64,000 bases of DNA from Eledone cirrhosa (Eukaryota). The notes beneath the pieces were generated by a model. That model ran no database searches. It had not been told where the DNA came from and was given only the letters and a program-made list of their open reading frames with translations. The translations under genes were made by a program, and so were the position numbers. This document shows positions 13,090 to 26,413 of the stretch, one piece after another; positions within the stretch are counted from its first letter, which is position 1, and each line of letters begins with the position of its first letter. The DNA lies in the NCBI GenBank assembly GCA_964016885.1, contig OZ024742.1, positions 182,652,001 to 182,716,000 of the forward strand, read 5' to 3'.

Positions 13090-14472
13090 TACACGCACAC
13101 ACAAACACACTGACGCGTGTGTGTGTTTGTATTGTTGTGTGTGTTTTCATTGTGTAATGCATGTTTCAGTATTTTAAAAATATATTCAGTTAAAAAATAT
13201 TTCTTAAATACTCTAACGGCGAAATATACTGTTTCATAGTATTTTCAGCTTCAAGGGATAATATCGACTTCCTTATATGTAGTTGTCAAATTTGACATTG
13301 AAATAATTACCACCTTCCAGTTAATAAGATCCATTTGTGGGACGGGAAAGAGGCTAGTCTTCGTTACTGAAACTGTGTGGCGGAATGACATGTTCTTCGA
13401 TAGTTGATTTATTTCAACACGACCTAAATCATTGGTGGAATTTTCTCTAAAATTGTCAGGACAGCACAACTCACAATCAACACGCTTTGAAAAATACATA
13501 CTATATTTGAAATATCAGTAAAACTGTAATCTGTTTGTTTTTTTTACTTTACACTCTACTCTAGTGTTAAAGAGTGTCTTCCTAATTTTCATTGTATCCA
13601 TCTTTCCCAACACGACCATGAATGCTTATCTCACAATAGTTCATATAAACTACACTACATTTTCCTGTTTATAATTGGCAATATAATCTCATCGGAAGAA
13701 TTGAAACGTTTCTAGATTTATCATAATGTTTCCCTTTATATATATGAAACACATATATTAGATAATTCTATTTGATGTTCCTAACAGTTCTCTAAAGTAA
13801 TATTGAAGCGGAAACTCTGATTAGGTTGTGTGATTTGAGTTCCTTTGAAAGGACGAAACAACATTTCAGAAGTATTATATAAGTATAAATGATTAATTGA
13901 ATGACTGGGATTTTTAAATAATACTATTTTGTCCTAAATAGGAGTAATTGTTGCTGTAGAAAGAGGGCCCATTTATTATATCATCTTATATTCTAAATAG
14001 ATGAACGATTATCAAGTTGAGAATTTTTCCAGTGAAATATCGGCGATATTTGTGAAGTAGATAAGTTATTGGGCTTTCGTTTAATGGATTATGACTTCGA
14101 ACTGTATTTCAAGACAGAATACACATTTGTCTACATTGCTCCCTGAAAGATGCACAAGGAATTTTCCGTATTGATAGTTATATATGCCTTTACAATAATT
14201 ATCTCCCTTTCATTTTATTGCAGTGATTCTTTGTCTGAAAGATCATCGCCGCTCTCATAACAATGAGACCTTCCATTTCTCACTGAGACATGAGCATCAC
14301 TGCAATCTTTGTAAAGTTAAATGGAAGTAAGATACGTTTCCTTTGGGATGGGATGCTAGTCTCAAGTGCATTTACCTCAAAATCTTGATGTCTAAGCCTC
14401 AGAATAATGTAGACAAAGCACACACACACACACGCCACACACACGCCACACACGCACACACACACACATACA

Positions 14473-14525
<53 letters not shown>

Positions 14526-16048
14526 ACGCACACATATATATATATATATATATAGTTACGTTTGGAATTATATTTTCTTATACAAATATTTGGGATGGGA
14601 GGAGAATCAGAAAGAAACAGAATGGTTTAGTGTAATGTTGTGTATTCCTTAAGAGCAGAAGTGATGGGTATCAACAAAATTAGCTAGCAATCGAAACCAG
14701 GTCGTGGGCTTCGATCTAAGATTCTCACAAACAGGGTTGCGATATGATTATTTTATTGTGTTAATTAATATGCATTTGTTAAAATGTTAAAGTTTGTATT
14801 AAGCCCAGTACCATTAGCTTTAAGAGACTGAGAATACTAGAATCCTCCTTGGACAGTACGCCAGCCTGTCACACGGTTAACTCTAACTGCTGTTGGTACG
14901 GTTCCTAGATGAGTTAATAAACTTGAGGTCAAAATCTTTGCTACTTGTTTATTAATTCGTATATGTTCGGAATTATCACAGTATATTATAAATGTATTAT
15001 TATTGGATGCAGTATTGAGCAGTAAGTATTTTGTTCATATAATACTGATTACAAAGCTGTAGTTATGTCACAACACAAAGAAATTTCCTCTATAATTTCG
15101 GACTTTATATGTCGATGTATTTACTTTATTTTACTACTGAAGCAAAATTATATTGCATAAACAAATATCAAGTGATGGCGAAGTATAATAGACAAGGCCT
15201 GTATATGTGTACCATAGGTACTCTCATATATTATATGCAGTATGATAAATATTGTAAATATTAGTTAGTGATGCGACACGTCTGTTGTTCCTGGCACAGT
15301 TCTCAACAGCCAGTTAATATAATATCGAGACCTGAGTAATGCTGCCAACATCAATTAATGAGCAATATTTTCTCGTTGTCATTAATTCTGAGCTAAAGTG
15401 AAAAATAATTATGTATTACAAGGCGTCATTTTTCACCAATTACTACGAACGAAGTTCATTTCAAATATTTCCCCATCAACACCCTTTTACTCGCTCACCT
15501 TTCTCTCTCACTCTCTCCACTACCTCTCACTCACTCTTTCTTTCTATATATATATACCTCTCTTTTTCTCGCTTCTCTTTTCTGTGGAATTCTTTTTACT
15601 TCCCTTAACACTTCCTCTCTATTGAAATCACACTTATACTCCTGCCTCTTTCATATGATTTTTCTAACAGCTCAAATTGGTTCAATTACAAGTTCTTTTG
15701 TACATAAACGTTCCTAAATTTCTCTAGCCTCAGACAACGAAACAACATTTCTCCAGTTTGTTGAATACAGGCGTATTCTATGTATTTTAAACGAGATATG
15801 TTTAAGCCGAACGATTATTTTCAAATTTTATCTCATATTAAAGCAATTTACCATTGATTTCGCCCGTTCTAAAATATTTCCCAGGTTCTTACAACTTCTT
15901 ACAATTGGCTAACCTACCATTTGTTTTGTTTTGAAGTATTGTTTTATTTCTTTATTATGCTTGTTTTCTTCTTGCTACTTATGTCTCTAACACAAGGGCG
16001 CATAATCGTATGTTGATTGTATATGATATATATGTGTGTATATATATA

Positions 16049-16097
<49 letters not shown>

Positions 16098-16260
16098 AAG
16101 ATGAAATAAAGATGGTTATAAGAGTTCCATGTATTTTATTATACGTATTTCGAATAGAAAATCATCCTGAGACAAATGTGTTCTCTTCAGATAAAAAATA
16201 AGGTACAATGATATGAGGCATAATAGCACTTGTTTATAGGAAAGTGGTAAGTCTTACATG

Positions 16261-16553
<293 letters not shown>

Positions 16554-16574
16554 TATGTATATATGTATATATAT

Positions 16575-16941
16575 GAATTGGCGGAAGAACTCATAAAAGT
16601 CAACGGCCATCCAAAAGTGTGTATCTAGACATGTAAACCACTTGGAGTGAAGGACCCCTAGCCTTTGTTAGGGCATTCTTCTAGGAGAAGGCAACTCAGG
16701 AAACTGGGATAACTCCGATATAAAACGTGCAGCTCAGTAGTTACCGATGATGTTGATCTTTTCTTCTTTTCGGGTTATAGTTACAGTCACTCAGAGAGTG
16801 GGATTGGCTCAGTGCACAATCTTTCCTCACTTTAAAAAATATCTTCAATCACAGGCATTGACGATAGAATTAGTTAATTATTATTAATAATGTTATATCG
16901 GGCAATGGCCATACTTGATAACGAGGGGGCAGCCATCATCA
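16575..16941 (+). mobile_element. Non-autonomous RTE-derived bipartite element (copy A)
   Basis: ctaggagaaggcaactc (RTE 5'UTR-like) joined directly to a 3' end ataacgagggggcagccatcatc; homologous to copies at 18400, 20813 and 60418. Confidence 0.65.
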
Positions 16942-16963
16942 TATATGAATGTATGTATGTATA

Positions 16964-18381
16964 TTCTTCTGGTTTTATAATTTCACAAATGTTTGCCAAT
17001 AGAGAGAGAGTCGGTTTCTAACATAGACACAAGACTCTCTCGTTGGAATTTACACATCAACTAGGTAGATATGTATGCATGCCTGCATGCATGCATGTGT
17101 AGATATGGATGTTATTGTGGATGTGGATGTTTTGAGTTGTATATGTGCGTGTGTATATGCTTTGTATCTGTACATGTGTATATGCAGTTATTAGGTGCAA
17201 CATTTTTGGAATGTCTTACATATTTTTACTGTTCCATTAATGGATTGTACTTGTAGTTTCCTAACTAGTTGTGTTCTTTCTGTTCCTGTGAAGCCTAGCT
17301 TCTCAAGATTTGTATTGAGGCAGTTACTAACATATCCCAGTGCTCCAGTAATCACAGGTATCAATCTGAAGGTATATTCAGGGTGGAGTATCTGCAGATT
17401 TCTCATCAGTTCTGCATAAATATTCTCCTTTTCGCTAATCTTTGATATTATATTGGCATCTGATTTACAGCTAACTTCCACTACTGTGCATGCAGTTTTT
17501 CATCCATGGATTCACTGCGATACTGCTGAGCGACTTCCCTGGGTGTGAGTTTTTGATTATTACACAGGGAATATCTCTCGAGGAGTTCCTTCCCAACTCT
17601 CATGATCTTCTCTGTGTCATGCAGATAGACGGGCTCCTACGCTTTGAGGTTCGTAGATGTTGTCGGAGAGATATGATGCGACATTCAAATGTCGTCTGGA
17701 CTGATGTTAGGCCTCTGCCTCCCTGCTTACGTTTCAAGTAAAGGCGGTCTATGTCACTGTTGATGTGGAAGTTTCCGGTGTTGTTTAGTATTTTTCGAGT
17801 TCCAACATCAACTGCTCGGATTTCGTCTATCGTCCAATTGAGTATTCCAAACGTTATTGTTAGGACAGGCAGAGCAAACACATTGTGAGCCACTGTTTAG
17901 TTTTGCGCAGAGAGTTCCGATGACCAGATCTTTCTTAATCGGGTGTAGTATTCCCTGGTTACGCGTTCCTTATTACAGATACCATTATAGGATATGTTCT
18001 GATCTATCCCCATATGTGTAGCAGTCCTCATCAGATATCGGTGAAACAGTTAGGCCATTGATGACAATGTTGCTAGATTGGGTTGTTGTTTTTCCCCGCT
18101 TTACAGTCATATATGAGCATTTATCTTGGCCAAACCCCATTCCTATATCCTTTGAGAATGTTGTAACCAGGTCAAGATTTTTCTTCATCCCATCCATGTT
18201 CTTGGCATAGAGTTTCAGATCACCCACAAAGAAATTATGGGTTAGGTTCGTATTTCTGTCCTCCTGTGAGCCAATGAAGTATCCTTTACATTTCTTGAGC
18301 AGAAAGGACAAGGGGTTTAATGACAGGATGAATAATATTACAGAGAGACTGTCTCCCTGAAATATACCCCTGCGATATTAA
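16964..18381 (-). mobile_element. R4/Dong-like non-LTR retrotransposon, 5'-truncated and internally deleted (RT plus restriction-like endonuclease remnants)
   Basis: QGDSLS motif at ~18345-18360, LTHNFFVGDLKLYA, FHINSDIDRLYLKRKQGGRGL, and RLE end EKENIYAEL..IPVITGALG..LQVQSINGTVKICKTF; 3'UTR to 16964. Confidence 0.85.
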
Positions 18382-18399
18382 GTATGTATATATATGTAT

Positions 18400-19070
18400 T
18401 CCCAAGCTTGCTTAGTGAGGAGGGTGATTTTGGACGCCCTGCGGGATGAAAAAGAAAACCTGTCAAAGGGCGGAGGAACTGAAGCGAGTCAACGGCCATC
18501 CAATAAATATTTTCTTGAGGAGCGAGACACTCCTTGTCTTCACTAAGATATCTCTCTACGAGAAGGTCACTCTGATATAAAACATGCGACTTCGTTTGCA
18601 TCCAATGATGTAGACCAGTTCTTCTTTTTGGGGTAAATGCATTCGATGTTCAGAGAGTGAAATTATCTCTGTGCAAAGCCTTTCCTCACTTAAAAAAGCT
18701 TCAAGCACAGCCATTGCTTGATATGCGACATTATTTTGTGATGCGTTGAAATGGCGGTGGATTGGCAGTATCGGTAGAGGGTTGGACGCCATACTTTGAC
18801 GCATAGAGTTACGGCCCTTGCCATTCTGAGTTCAAATCCCTCCGAGGTTAACTTTGCCTTTCATCCTTACGTGGTCGATAAAATAAAGTACCAGTAATGC
18901 GCTGGGTAATTGCTGGCCTTGTGCCAAAAAGTAGAAACAATTATTTTGTGATGCATGACATTGCTGGCCATAGGCGGGTCCTTAGCAGGACCAGGAAGCC
19001 ACCACCTTCATGATGCTTATGTTTAAGTATCAACGATCGTATTACTCGAAATCAAGCTGCAATCATCATG
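18400..19070 (+). mobile_element. RTE-derived bipartite element (copy B) with nested SINE
   Basis: Homologous to copies A and C; SINE at 18753-18939 with TSD attattttgtgatgc (18730-18744, 18940-18954). Confidence 0.7.
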
Positions 19071-19077
19071 TATGTAT

Positions 19078-19382
19078 TTTCTTCTGGTTTTATGATTTTA
19101 TAAATGTTTGCCAATAGAGACAGAGAGTCGGTTTCTGACATAGATACAAGACTCTCTCACTGGAATTTAAACAATATCAACTAGGTAGATATGTCTGCAT
19201 GCATGCATGTGTGTGCATGTATGGATGTTAATGTATGGGTGGATGTGGATATTTTTAGTTATATGTGTGCATGTGTACACCCTTTGCATCTGTACATGTG
19301 TACATGCAGTTATTAGGTGAAGAATTTTTGGAATATTCTTACTGTTCCATTAATGGATTGTACCTGTAATTTCCTAACTAGT
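19078..19382 (-). mobile_element. 3' end of the same R4/Dong-like family
   Basis: Highly similar to 16964-17270; flanked by (TATG)n. Confidence 0.85.
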
Positions 19383-20387
19383 CATATGTATGTATGTGTG
19401 TGTGTGTGTCTATTTTTGTGTGTGATGTGATGGAGTTAGAGCTGTTCCTTAGTTTGATGGTTAGGGTTTAAGGTTTAATAAATGTATAAAATAAATATAT
19501 TGATTAAGCATTTAACAGATATTCCATACAAAGGAGATATTATGTACAAGCAATCAGTAAGAACCGAAATAAATAAATATATAATTATTTCTACTTTAGG
19601 CAAAAAGCCAGCAATTTGAAGGGGGAGAGGATTAAATCAACCCCAGAGCGTGACTGGTACTTTATTTTATCTACTCCGTAAGGCAAGGCTAACCTCGGCG
19701 GAATTTGAATTCAAAACGTAAAGGGCGTAATAGGAATTAACGATTTGTGAAATAGTACAGAAATGTAATGCACCTGTGAGAATAAATGTTTAATTTAAAT
19801 ATATTGATGCATACATACTGTCCGCAAACATACATGCAAGCAAATACATGCAAGTATACATACATGCACAACAAACAAGACATAATTAGCTGGGACACAG
19901 ATAAGTTAATGTGCAGAGTGCTGGAAATCAGTTGTCCATCAGGCATTCATTAAACATTAATGATAATGGGAAATCTATAGAAATCTAATGATTTTCTCTA
20001 TAGTGAACTAATTCAGTTCTTCTACCTGAACTATCGCTTTAAGTATATACCTGTAATTATCGGGGTATTTTGGCTATGTAACTCATACATGCATGCATAC
20101 AATCCAACATGCCTATACATCCATTCATGCACATACACCTTCTAACATAAATGCACACACATCTATACGTGCACATGTACTTGCACACAAACACTCTAGC
20201 ATATATTTGGACCCCACGAATCCCCTCGATTAGTCGTGTGAAGAACGGTGAAGCAATTCAAATCTTCTGAACACATAGTCACAGTCACATATGTGCACAT
20301 GGCACACAAACACACATACACACACATGAACACATAACACACACACATTCGTACGTGTATTATTACATACATTGCATACATATATCG

Positions 20388-20418
<31 letters not shown>

Positions 20419-20436
20419 CATACATGCATACATACA

Positions 20437-20467
<31 letters not shown>

Positions 20468-20515
20468 CATACATACATACATACATACATACATACATAC
20501 ATACATACATACATA

Positions 20516-20730
20516 CCCGCTTGGACCAAAGTATGATTGAACTTGGATTTGCGGACAAAAAGCGCAGCTCCCTAATTCATAGTCTACAAATGGCTGCGAT
20601 AGCTGGCACCTTCCACATTTGCAAAACATTCTTGCGATTCAAGGGATGACAATTTCTTTTCTTTTACAACCTTGCCACCAGGAAGGTAGCCGGTCAAAAA
20701 AATATACTCAAAATTAAGAGAAAGAGATAA
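20516..20730 (+). mobile_element. 3' end of a second R4/Dong-like family inserted in (CATA)n
   Basis: RLDQSMIELGFADKKRSSLIHSLQMAAIAGTFHICKTFLRFKG* (20518-20649) aligns with LEKLGFTGTERTQLVRKLQVQSINGTVKICKTF; pure CATA tracts on both sides. Confidence 0.75.
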
Positions 20731-20812
20731 CATACATACATACATACATACATACATACATACATACATACATACATACATACATACATACATACATACA
20801 TACATACATACA

Positions 20813-21412
20813 TGGTGGCTGCCAACTCGTTTTCGAGATACTTTATATCCATGTAGGAGAACCCCTACCGATGCGCTGAACGAGAGTGACTTTTTAGTCC
20901 AGCCAGCGACTTCAAAACTCTGGTACAAACACTACACTTGTGACAATTATTGACACATACTGCTGGGTCCATGGTACCATGTGATGACAAGTGCAGAGAG
21001 ATCTCCAGATATAAAGCAATGCCTGTGCCGTGAAGCTTTTATAGTGAGCAAAGGCACTGCACAAAGCCAGTCCCACTCTCTTAACCAAGATGGTATTTAC
21101 CAAAAAGAAGAACAAGTCAACATCATTGGATACCATCAGGGTTGCAGGTGTTATATCAGAGTTTTCCTTCTCCTAGAATTCTGCCTTGACAAAGGCTAAG
21201 GGGTCTTCTCTCCCGGTGATTTTGGATGGCCATTGACTCTTAAGAGCTCCTTTGCCCTTTGACAGGTTTTGTCTTTAGTCCTGCAGGATGTCCAAAGTCA
21301 CACACCTCACCAAGAAACCTTGGTGGGGTTGCCAGTTTAGTCACCAACGACCCGACCATGAGACAGGTTGTACTGGGATACATGTTACCAGTAGCACCAA
21401 CTGGTGACCTGT
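20813..21412 (-). mobile_element. RTE-derived bipartite element (copy C, longest) with C2H2 zinc-finger mini-ORF
   Basis: ctaggagaaggaaaactctgatata 5'UTR motif; ORF 20972-20865 MDPAVCVNNCHKCSVCTRVLKSLAGLKSHSRSAHR*; flanked by (CATA)n. Confidence 0.7.
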
Positions 21413-21454
21413 CATACATACATACATACATACATACATACATACATACATACA

Positions 21455-21485
<31 letters not shown>

Positions 21486-21872
21486 CCGCAAAAGCTAACA
21501 CGTAAGTACAAGTACTATATCACGACTATCAGATCAGTTTAACAGTCAAATATTTAACAACTACCATAGTCGCCAATGTTATTGGAATGTTTGTAAATAC
21601 AAATTAAGCGAGTATCAAATTCAGCCCTCACATGAGTCGAATATATTGCTAGTACAATAAAACTATTTACTACGAGTGAATTAATGCGAAATTTGACGTG
21701 GTATCCTCTTGAAGTTACTTCAGTGGAAACATATGAAGCTATATACATAATGTTTATGTATATTAATCATATACGAGTCCCGTTGTAAGTATTGCAAGCT
21801 GTGTTCATACCGCAGCTATCCACTTATGAGCATTATATATGTATTTCACGATTATAATCAATCATCAATAAT

Positions 21873-22057
21873 TGTTTCTACTTTAGGCACAAGGCCAGCA
21901 ATTATCCAGTGCATTACTGGTACTTTATTTTATCGACCCCGTAAGGATGAAAGGCAAAGTCAACCTCGGCGGGATTTGAACTCAGATCGTAAAGGGACGT
22001 AACTATGCTGGAAAGCATGGCGTCCGACCCTCTACCGATACTGCCAATCCACCGCCC
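21873..22057 (-). mobile_element. Young SINE with TSD
   Basis: Consensus match; TSD aatcatcaataat at 21860-21872 and 22060-22072. Confidence 0.92.
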
Positions 22058-22097
22058 TTAATCATCAATAATCAATCATCAATAACACTTACTTACA

Positions 22098-22335
22098 GGA
22101 GGCGCGTGGCCTAGTGGTAAGGGTGTTGGACCTACAGTCATAATGTCGTGGGTTCGATACATGGCTTGCATGTCATTTTCTTCATTTCACGTTGCTCCAG
22201 TATACTCATCTGTAAATGTGTACCAGCATTAGCTGGGGGTTTAACCCTGCGATGGACTGGCGTCCTATCTAGGGGGTGGGGGAGTCTTGTACTCTGTCGC
22301 GTAACGCCATGAAACCGGGATAAAAACTGGCCTAA
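22098..22335 (+). mobile_element. tRNA-derived SINE with V-domain-like core
   Basis: A box tggcctagtggtaa, B box gggttcgatac, core aaccctgcgatggactggcgtcc; second copy on the minus strand at 25590-25866. Confidence 0.8.
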
Positions 22336-22779
22336 TTTCTTAGATTAAATACTATGATATACTGAGGTGTTGAAGCTTATAACATTTATAGATTTTGTAG
22401 ATAAATCATTTTCGTGCTCGCTCATTTACATATAGTGCAGAATTTCTTGTCTAGAAGTAATCAGCTGTAGCATAGTGGAAAGTGTTGGCGTATATGAAGC
22501 TATATACAATATGTCTATATATAAACATACACGAGAATTACTACATTTTCAGCATTGTATGAAATAGAGTATTCAGTGCGAAGGAAACGAGAGTGTTAAT
22601 AAGTATATAAATTATATACTTGAACTAATTTTTCCAGTTGTCAATTTCTATAATCGATTCCAGTGATTGCATTTAAGAGAATAATATGTTGGATTTTTAG
22701 TGCAAGAGTAAGACAAGTGATATTTTATTGTGTCAAACATGTTTTATTGGTGTCTGTTTATAATATAGTTGCAAACAAA

Positions 22780-23855
22780 TCTTCTTCTTCTTCTTCTTCT
22801 TCTTCTTCTTCTTCTTCTTCTTCTTTGCCCGTAAAATCTGACCAGCGATTCTTTCCTGAGACATTCTAACCACATGCCCATAGTATTGGAGCTGTGATCT
22901 TTCAATTCGGAAAAGTAGCGGTTCTACCTGCAGTGACTCTCTGATCTCCGAGCTGCGCACTGTTTCGAGTAACGTTACTTCAAAGATTCTTAGGAGGAAG
23001 ACCATTTCGGCCTTTTGTATTCTTTCGGTCATTACCCAAGATTCATGACCATAGGTAAGGGTTAGCACGAATACCGAATTAAAGATAGCGAGTTTGGCTT
23101 TTACACCTACCTTCCTTCTTCTGATTACTGAATCCTGCAGCTAGCGCTTTACTGAACCAGTTTCTGCAATTCTTGCACTTAATTCAGCCTCCTGCCTTCC
23201 ATCACTCGTGAACACGGTCCCTAGATACCTGATCTCTTCTACCTACTTCAGTGGAACTCCATTTACATGTAGAATGCACTGTCCTTGAGAGGACGACTGT
23301 TTCAATTTTCACAGCACTGATTTTCATTCCAGCCATGCAGCACTCTGCATCAAACCTATCGAGTGCAAGTCGGAGATCACCTTCTGTCGCATTAAGTAAC
23401 ACCATGTCGTCTGCAAATTCCAGTCGCCAGTTATGATATCACTTCCGACCCGACTGCGCATGTCAATCCTGTTCATGTAAATAATGAACAGGGGTGGTGG
23501 CAGTGCGCGCCTTTGACGGATTCCGACACCCTCATTGAATGGTTTCGATTTAGCACCATTTATCCAAACACAAATACTCGAGCATTCGTATAGAGACATC
23601 AAGGCAGCAAGAAGTTAACCATCGATCCCATACCCCTGCAGAACCTTCCACAGCAGGTCCCGAGAAACACGGTCATACCTTTTCAAGGTCGACAAAACAA
23701 GAATATACCTCTTGGCAATAATCCCGTGAATTCTCAAATATCTGTCACATGTGAATATTTGGTCGGCCGTACTGCGTCCGAGGCGAAAATCACACAGCTA
23801 GCTTCAACTTGACAATCTTCCTGCATCTCTTTGCCAGATACTTAGCATAGACTTT
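22780..23855 (-). mobile_element. RTE-clade LINE RT fragment with (GAA)n tail
   Basis: VWINGAKSKPFNEGVGIRQ..PPLFIIYM, LDRFDAECCMAGMKISAVK and LTYGHESWVMTER..IERSQLQYYGHVVRM; frameshifted. Confidence 0.9.
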
Positions 23856-25234
23856 ATAATTTCTGTATATGTAATTAACAAAAGGAATAGCCCTTGTTTT
23901 CCGACATTAATTATAATCATTTACCCGTAGACGCAGATTAAGGATAGATTAGACACACACGCATTCTGGATTAATCGAACCGTTCCACTCGTGCATATAA
24001 CCAACCACCTATCTTGGATACGTAACGTAGAATTCCAAGATGCAGTACTATTTGACCTACTATGAGGGAAATTTAGTTATAATCCTTTAATCTCTCATCC
24101 TTAGAAACAATCCATACTTCAGGATTACGGTTGAGATCTACGGCTGGCAACATTCATCATGCCGATTAACTAGGAACACTAAATACCTTCTTACTTACTA
24201 ACCACATTTCATTGGCTATATTAATACATGGAAACCCTTTCTTCTCTCCGCTATTAGAAGTTTATACGGTGCTAATGTTTCACATATTTATTTAATATCT
24301 CTGTACGACCATCAATTTGGGGATATATATTAGGCGTTGGCATAATCGTATTTTGGTACTCTTCACATATCTCACTTTTCATTTTTTTTTTTCATGTTTC
24401 TCTTTTTATTTTGCATCTCTGCTTCTATTCCTATGCTTTATTATTAACTTTTTCTCTTTTTATGCATTTCCTTTGTGTATTCCTTATGTGTTATTTATTT
24501 ACTGGTCGTCATTCTATCTTCAAACTTTATTTTCACCCTTGATTCTCACTTTTGTCTGGCCCGCTAATATGTATTAGTTAGTAATTAGCTTGTTTCTATT
24601 ATCACTACCTCAAGTGCCACTGCTATTGATAACGATCCCTTCATCCTCCTATTTAAATGAGATGTTAGTGTTGCAGGCTTGGCCGTTATTGTTGATGTGA
24701 TGATTGTTAACTCCATCTTCCCCACGACCACCGCAATCAAAGGTTGGCCATCATGTAACCCCCTACTGACAAAGAATTTACAAATGACCTGATACAAGAG
24801 TGAGTGGATGATCTCAGACCTTGGCGCCATTGGGGAATTCAGGAAGGTTAGGCAAATGTAGGGTAGGATATATCTTCAACTAATAGCTGGGTGTCGTTTA
24901 CACCCTTTGTAATGATGCTGTGAGGTTGTTTATACTAACACATATGTCAGCAGGGATCTGAAGGAGCAACAACAATAACCTTCCCAACCGTGATAATTCA
25001 CTGAATAAAAACAGCACGAGGAATCTTTATTTTTATGTTTATTCATGTAATCTTACTCATGAAATTTTTATTCGTGTAACTTTCTGTTCACATGATAGTA
25101 GCCTGATGAGGTCATTAGTATTGCATAAGTTACCATCGAAATACGTATAAAAGCGATTTTGTAAAATTAATTCAACTAAATTCTAACCTATTGGGGTTAC
25201 AGAATGTGTAACGAAAGAGCTTTGACAACAAATA

Positions 25235-25372
25235 AACAACCATCCGCGTGACACTGGGGCTGAATTAAGAAAGCTGGAAACCAACCGGAGTGGAGTGGCA
25301 AGAGCAGCCCATGATGGTGGTGGGTCGTCAATGGCCTATACTCCGCAGAGAAAGATGGGGCTGAATGAATGA
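25235..25372 (+). mobile_element. RTE-like LINE extreme 3' end
   Basis: WSGVARAAHDG..W-like residues followed by a tgaatgaatga tail. Confidence 0.5.
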
Positions 25373-25475
25373 TTAGATGTAAAATAGGTGGTGGGTGGCT
25401 CATATTTGAGTATATACGGTAATTTTAATCTAATTTTGTTGTTACATTTTCAGCTAACATCAGTCCTAAAAGAGG

Positions 25476-25540
<65 letters not shown>

Positions 25541-25589
25541 GTGTGTGTGTCTGTCTGTCTATGTTGTGAGTGTGTGTGGGTGGGTGTCT

Positions 25590-25866
25590 AAAGTCTGTCT
25601 TGAGCCTGGAGGCTCATTAGGTGCTTATCCTGGTTTCCGTGGCGTAAAGCGACTGAGAATACAAGACTCCCGCATGGATAGGTGGTCAGTCCATCGCAGT
25701 GCCAAGCCCCCAGCTATTGCTGGTGCTCACTTTCAGCTGAGTATACTGGAGCAATGTGAACTGAAGTGTTTACTCAAGAACACAACACACAACCCAGTCC
25801 AGGAATCGAACCCATGACATTATTATCGTAAGTCCAACACACTTAATACTATACCAAGCGCCTCCA
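25590..25866 (-). mobile_element. V-domain-like tRNA SINE
   Basis: Reverse-complement homolog of 22098-22335. Confidence 0.8.
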
Positions 25867-26210
25867 CGTGTGGGTGTGCGTGGATGTTATTAAAAGCTGG
25901 GTTATGAGATTTTTTTCTGTATAACAGTTTCTTTGTGTGGGATTTTCTGCCACTCAAGTATCCACTTAACTGAACAGAAATACTTGACACTTAGCGATAG
26001 CTAACAGACTAAAATGTGTGTAATGTTATCTAGTTAGCAAGATTTCTATGCTGGATAGTCTTTCTTAACAGAAGTATTACACAGCGTCTAACTGCATTTC
26101 CAATAATCTTCTGATTAATGTTCACATCTGTTATATTTTCAATATTGAAAACGGTTTTCAAGCAAAGAAAGTAACTTAAAAGTAAGTAACATTAAGAGTT
26201 AATACAAAAA

Positions 26211-26413
26211 GTAAACATCTAAACAGTAGCACTAAGATGTAAACATCTAAACAGTAACACTAAGATGTAAACATCTAAACAGTAGCACTAAGTAGTAAAC
26301 ATCTAAACAGTTACAGTAAGATGTAAACATCTAAACAGTAGCACTAAGTACTAAACATATAAACAGTTACAGTAAGATGTAAACATCTAAGCAGTAGCAT
26401 TAAGTAGTAAACA
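26211..26413. repeat. 28 bp minisatellite, ~7.25 units
   Basis: Unit gtaaacatctaaacagtagcactaagat; later units alternate between two variants. Confidence 0.95.

Noticed and set aside
26211-26413. Possible CRISPR array (28 bp repeats; also 35 bp repeats at 32410)
   Set aside because: Units are contiguous with no unique spacers, there are no cas genes and the context is eukaryotic.
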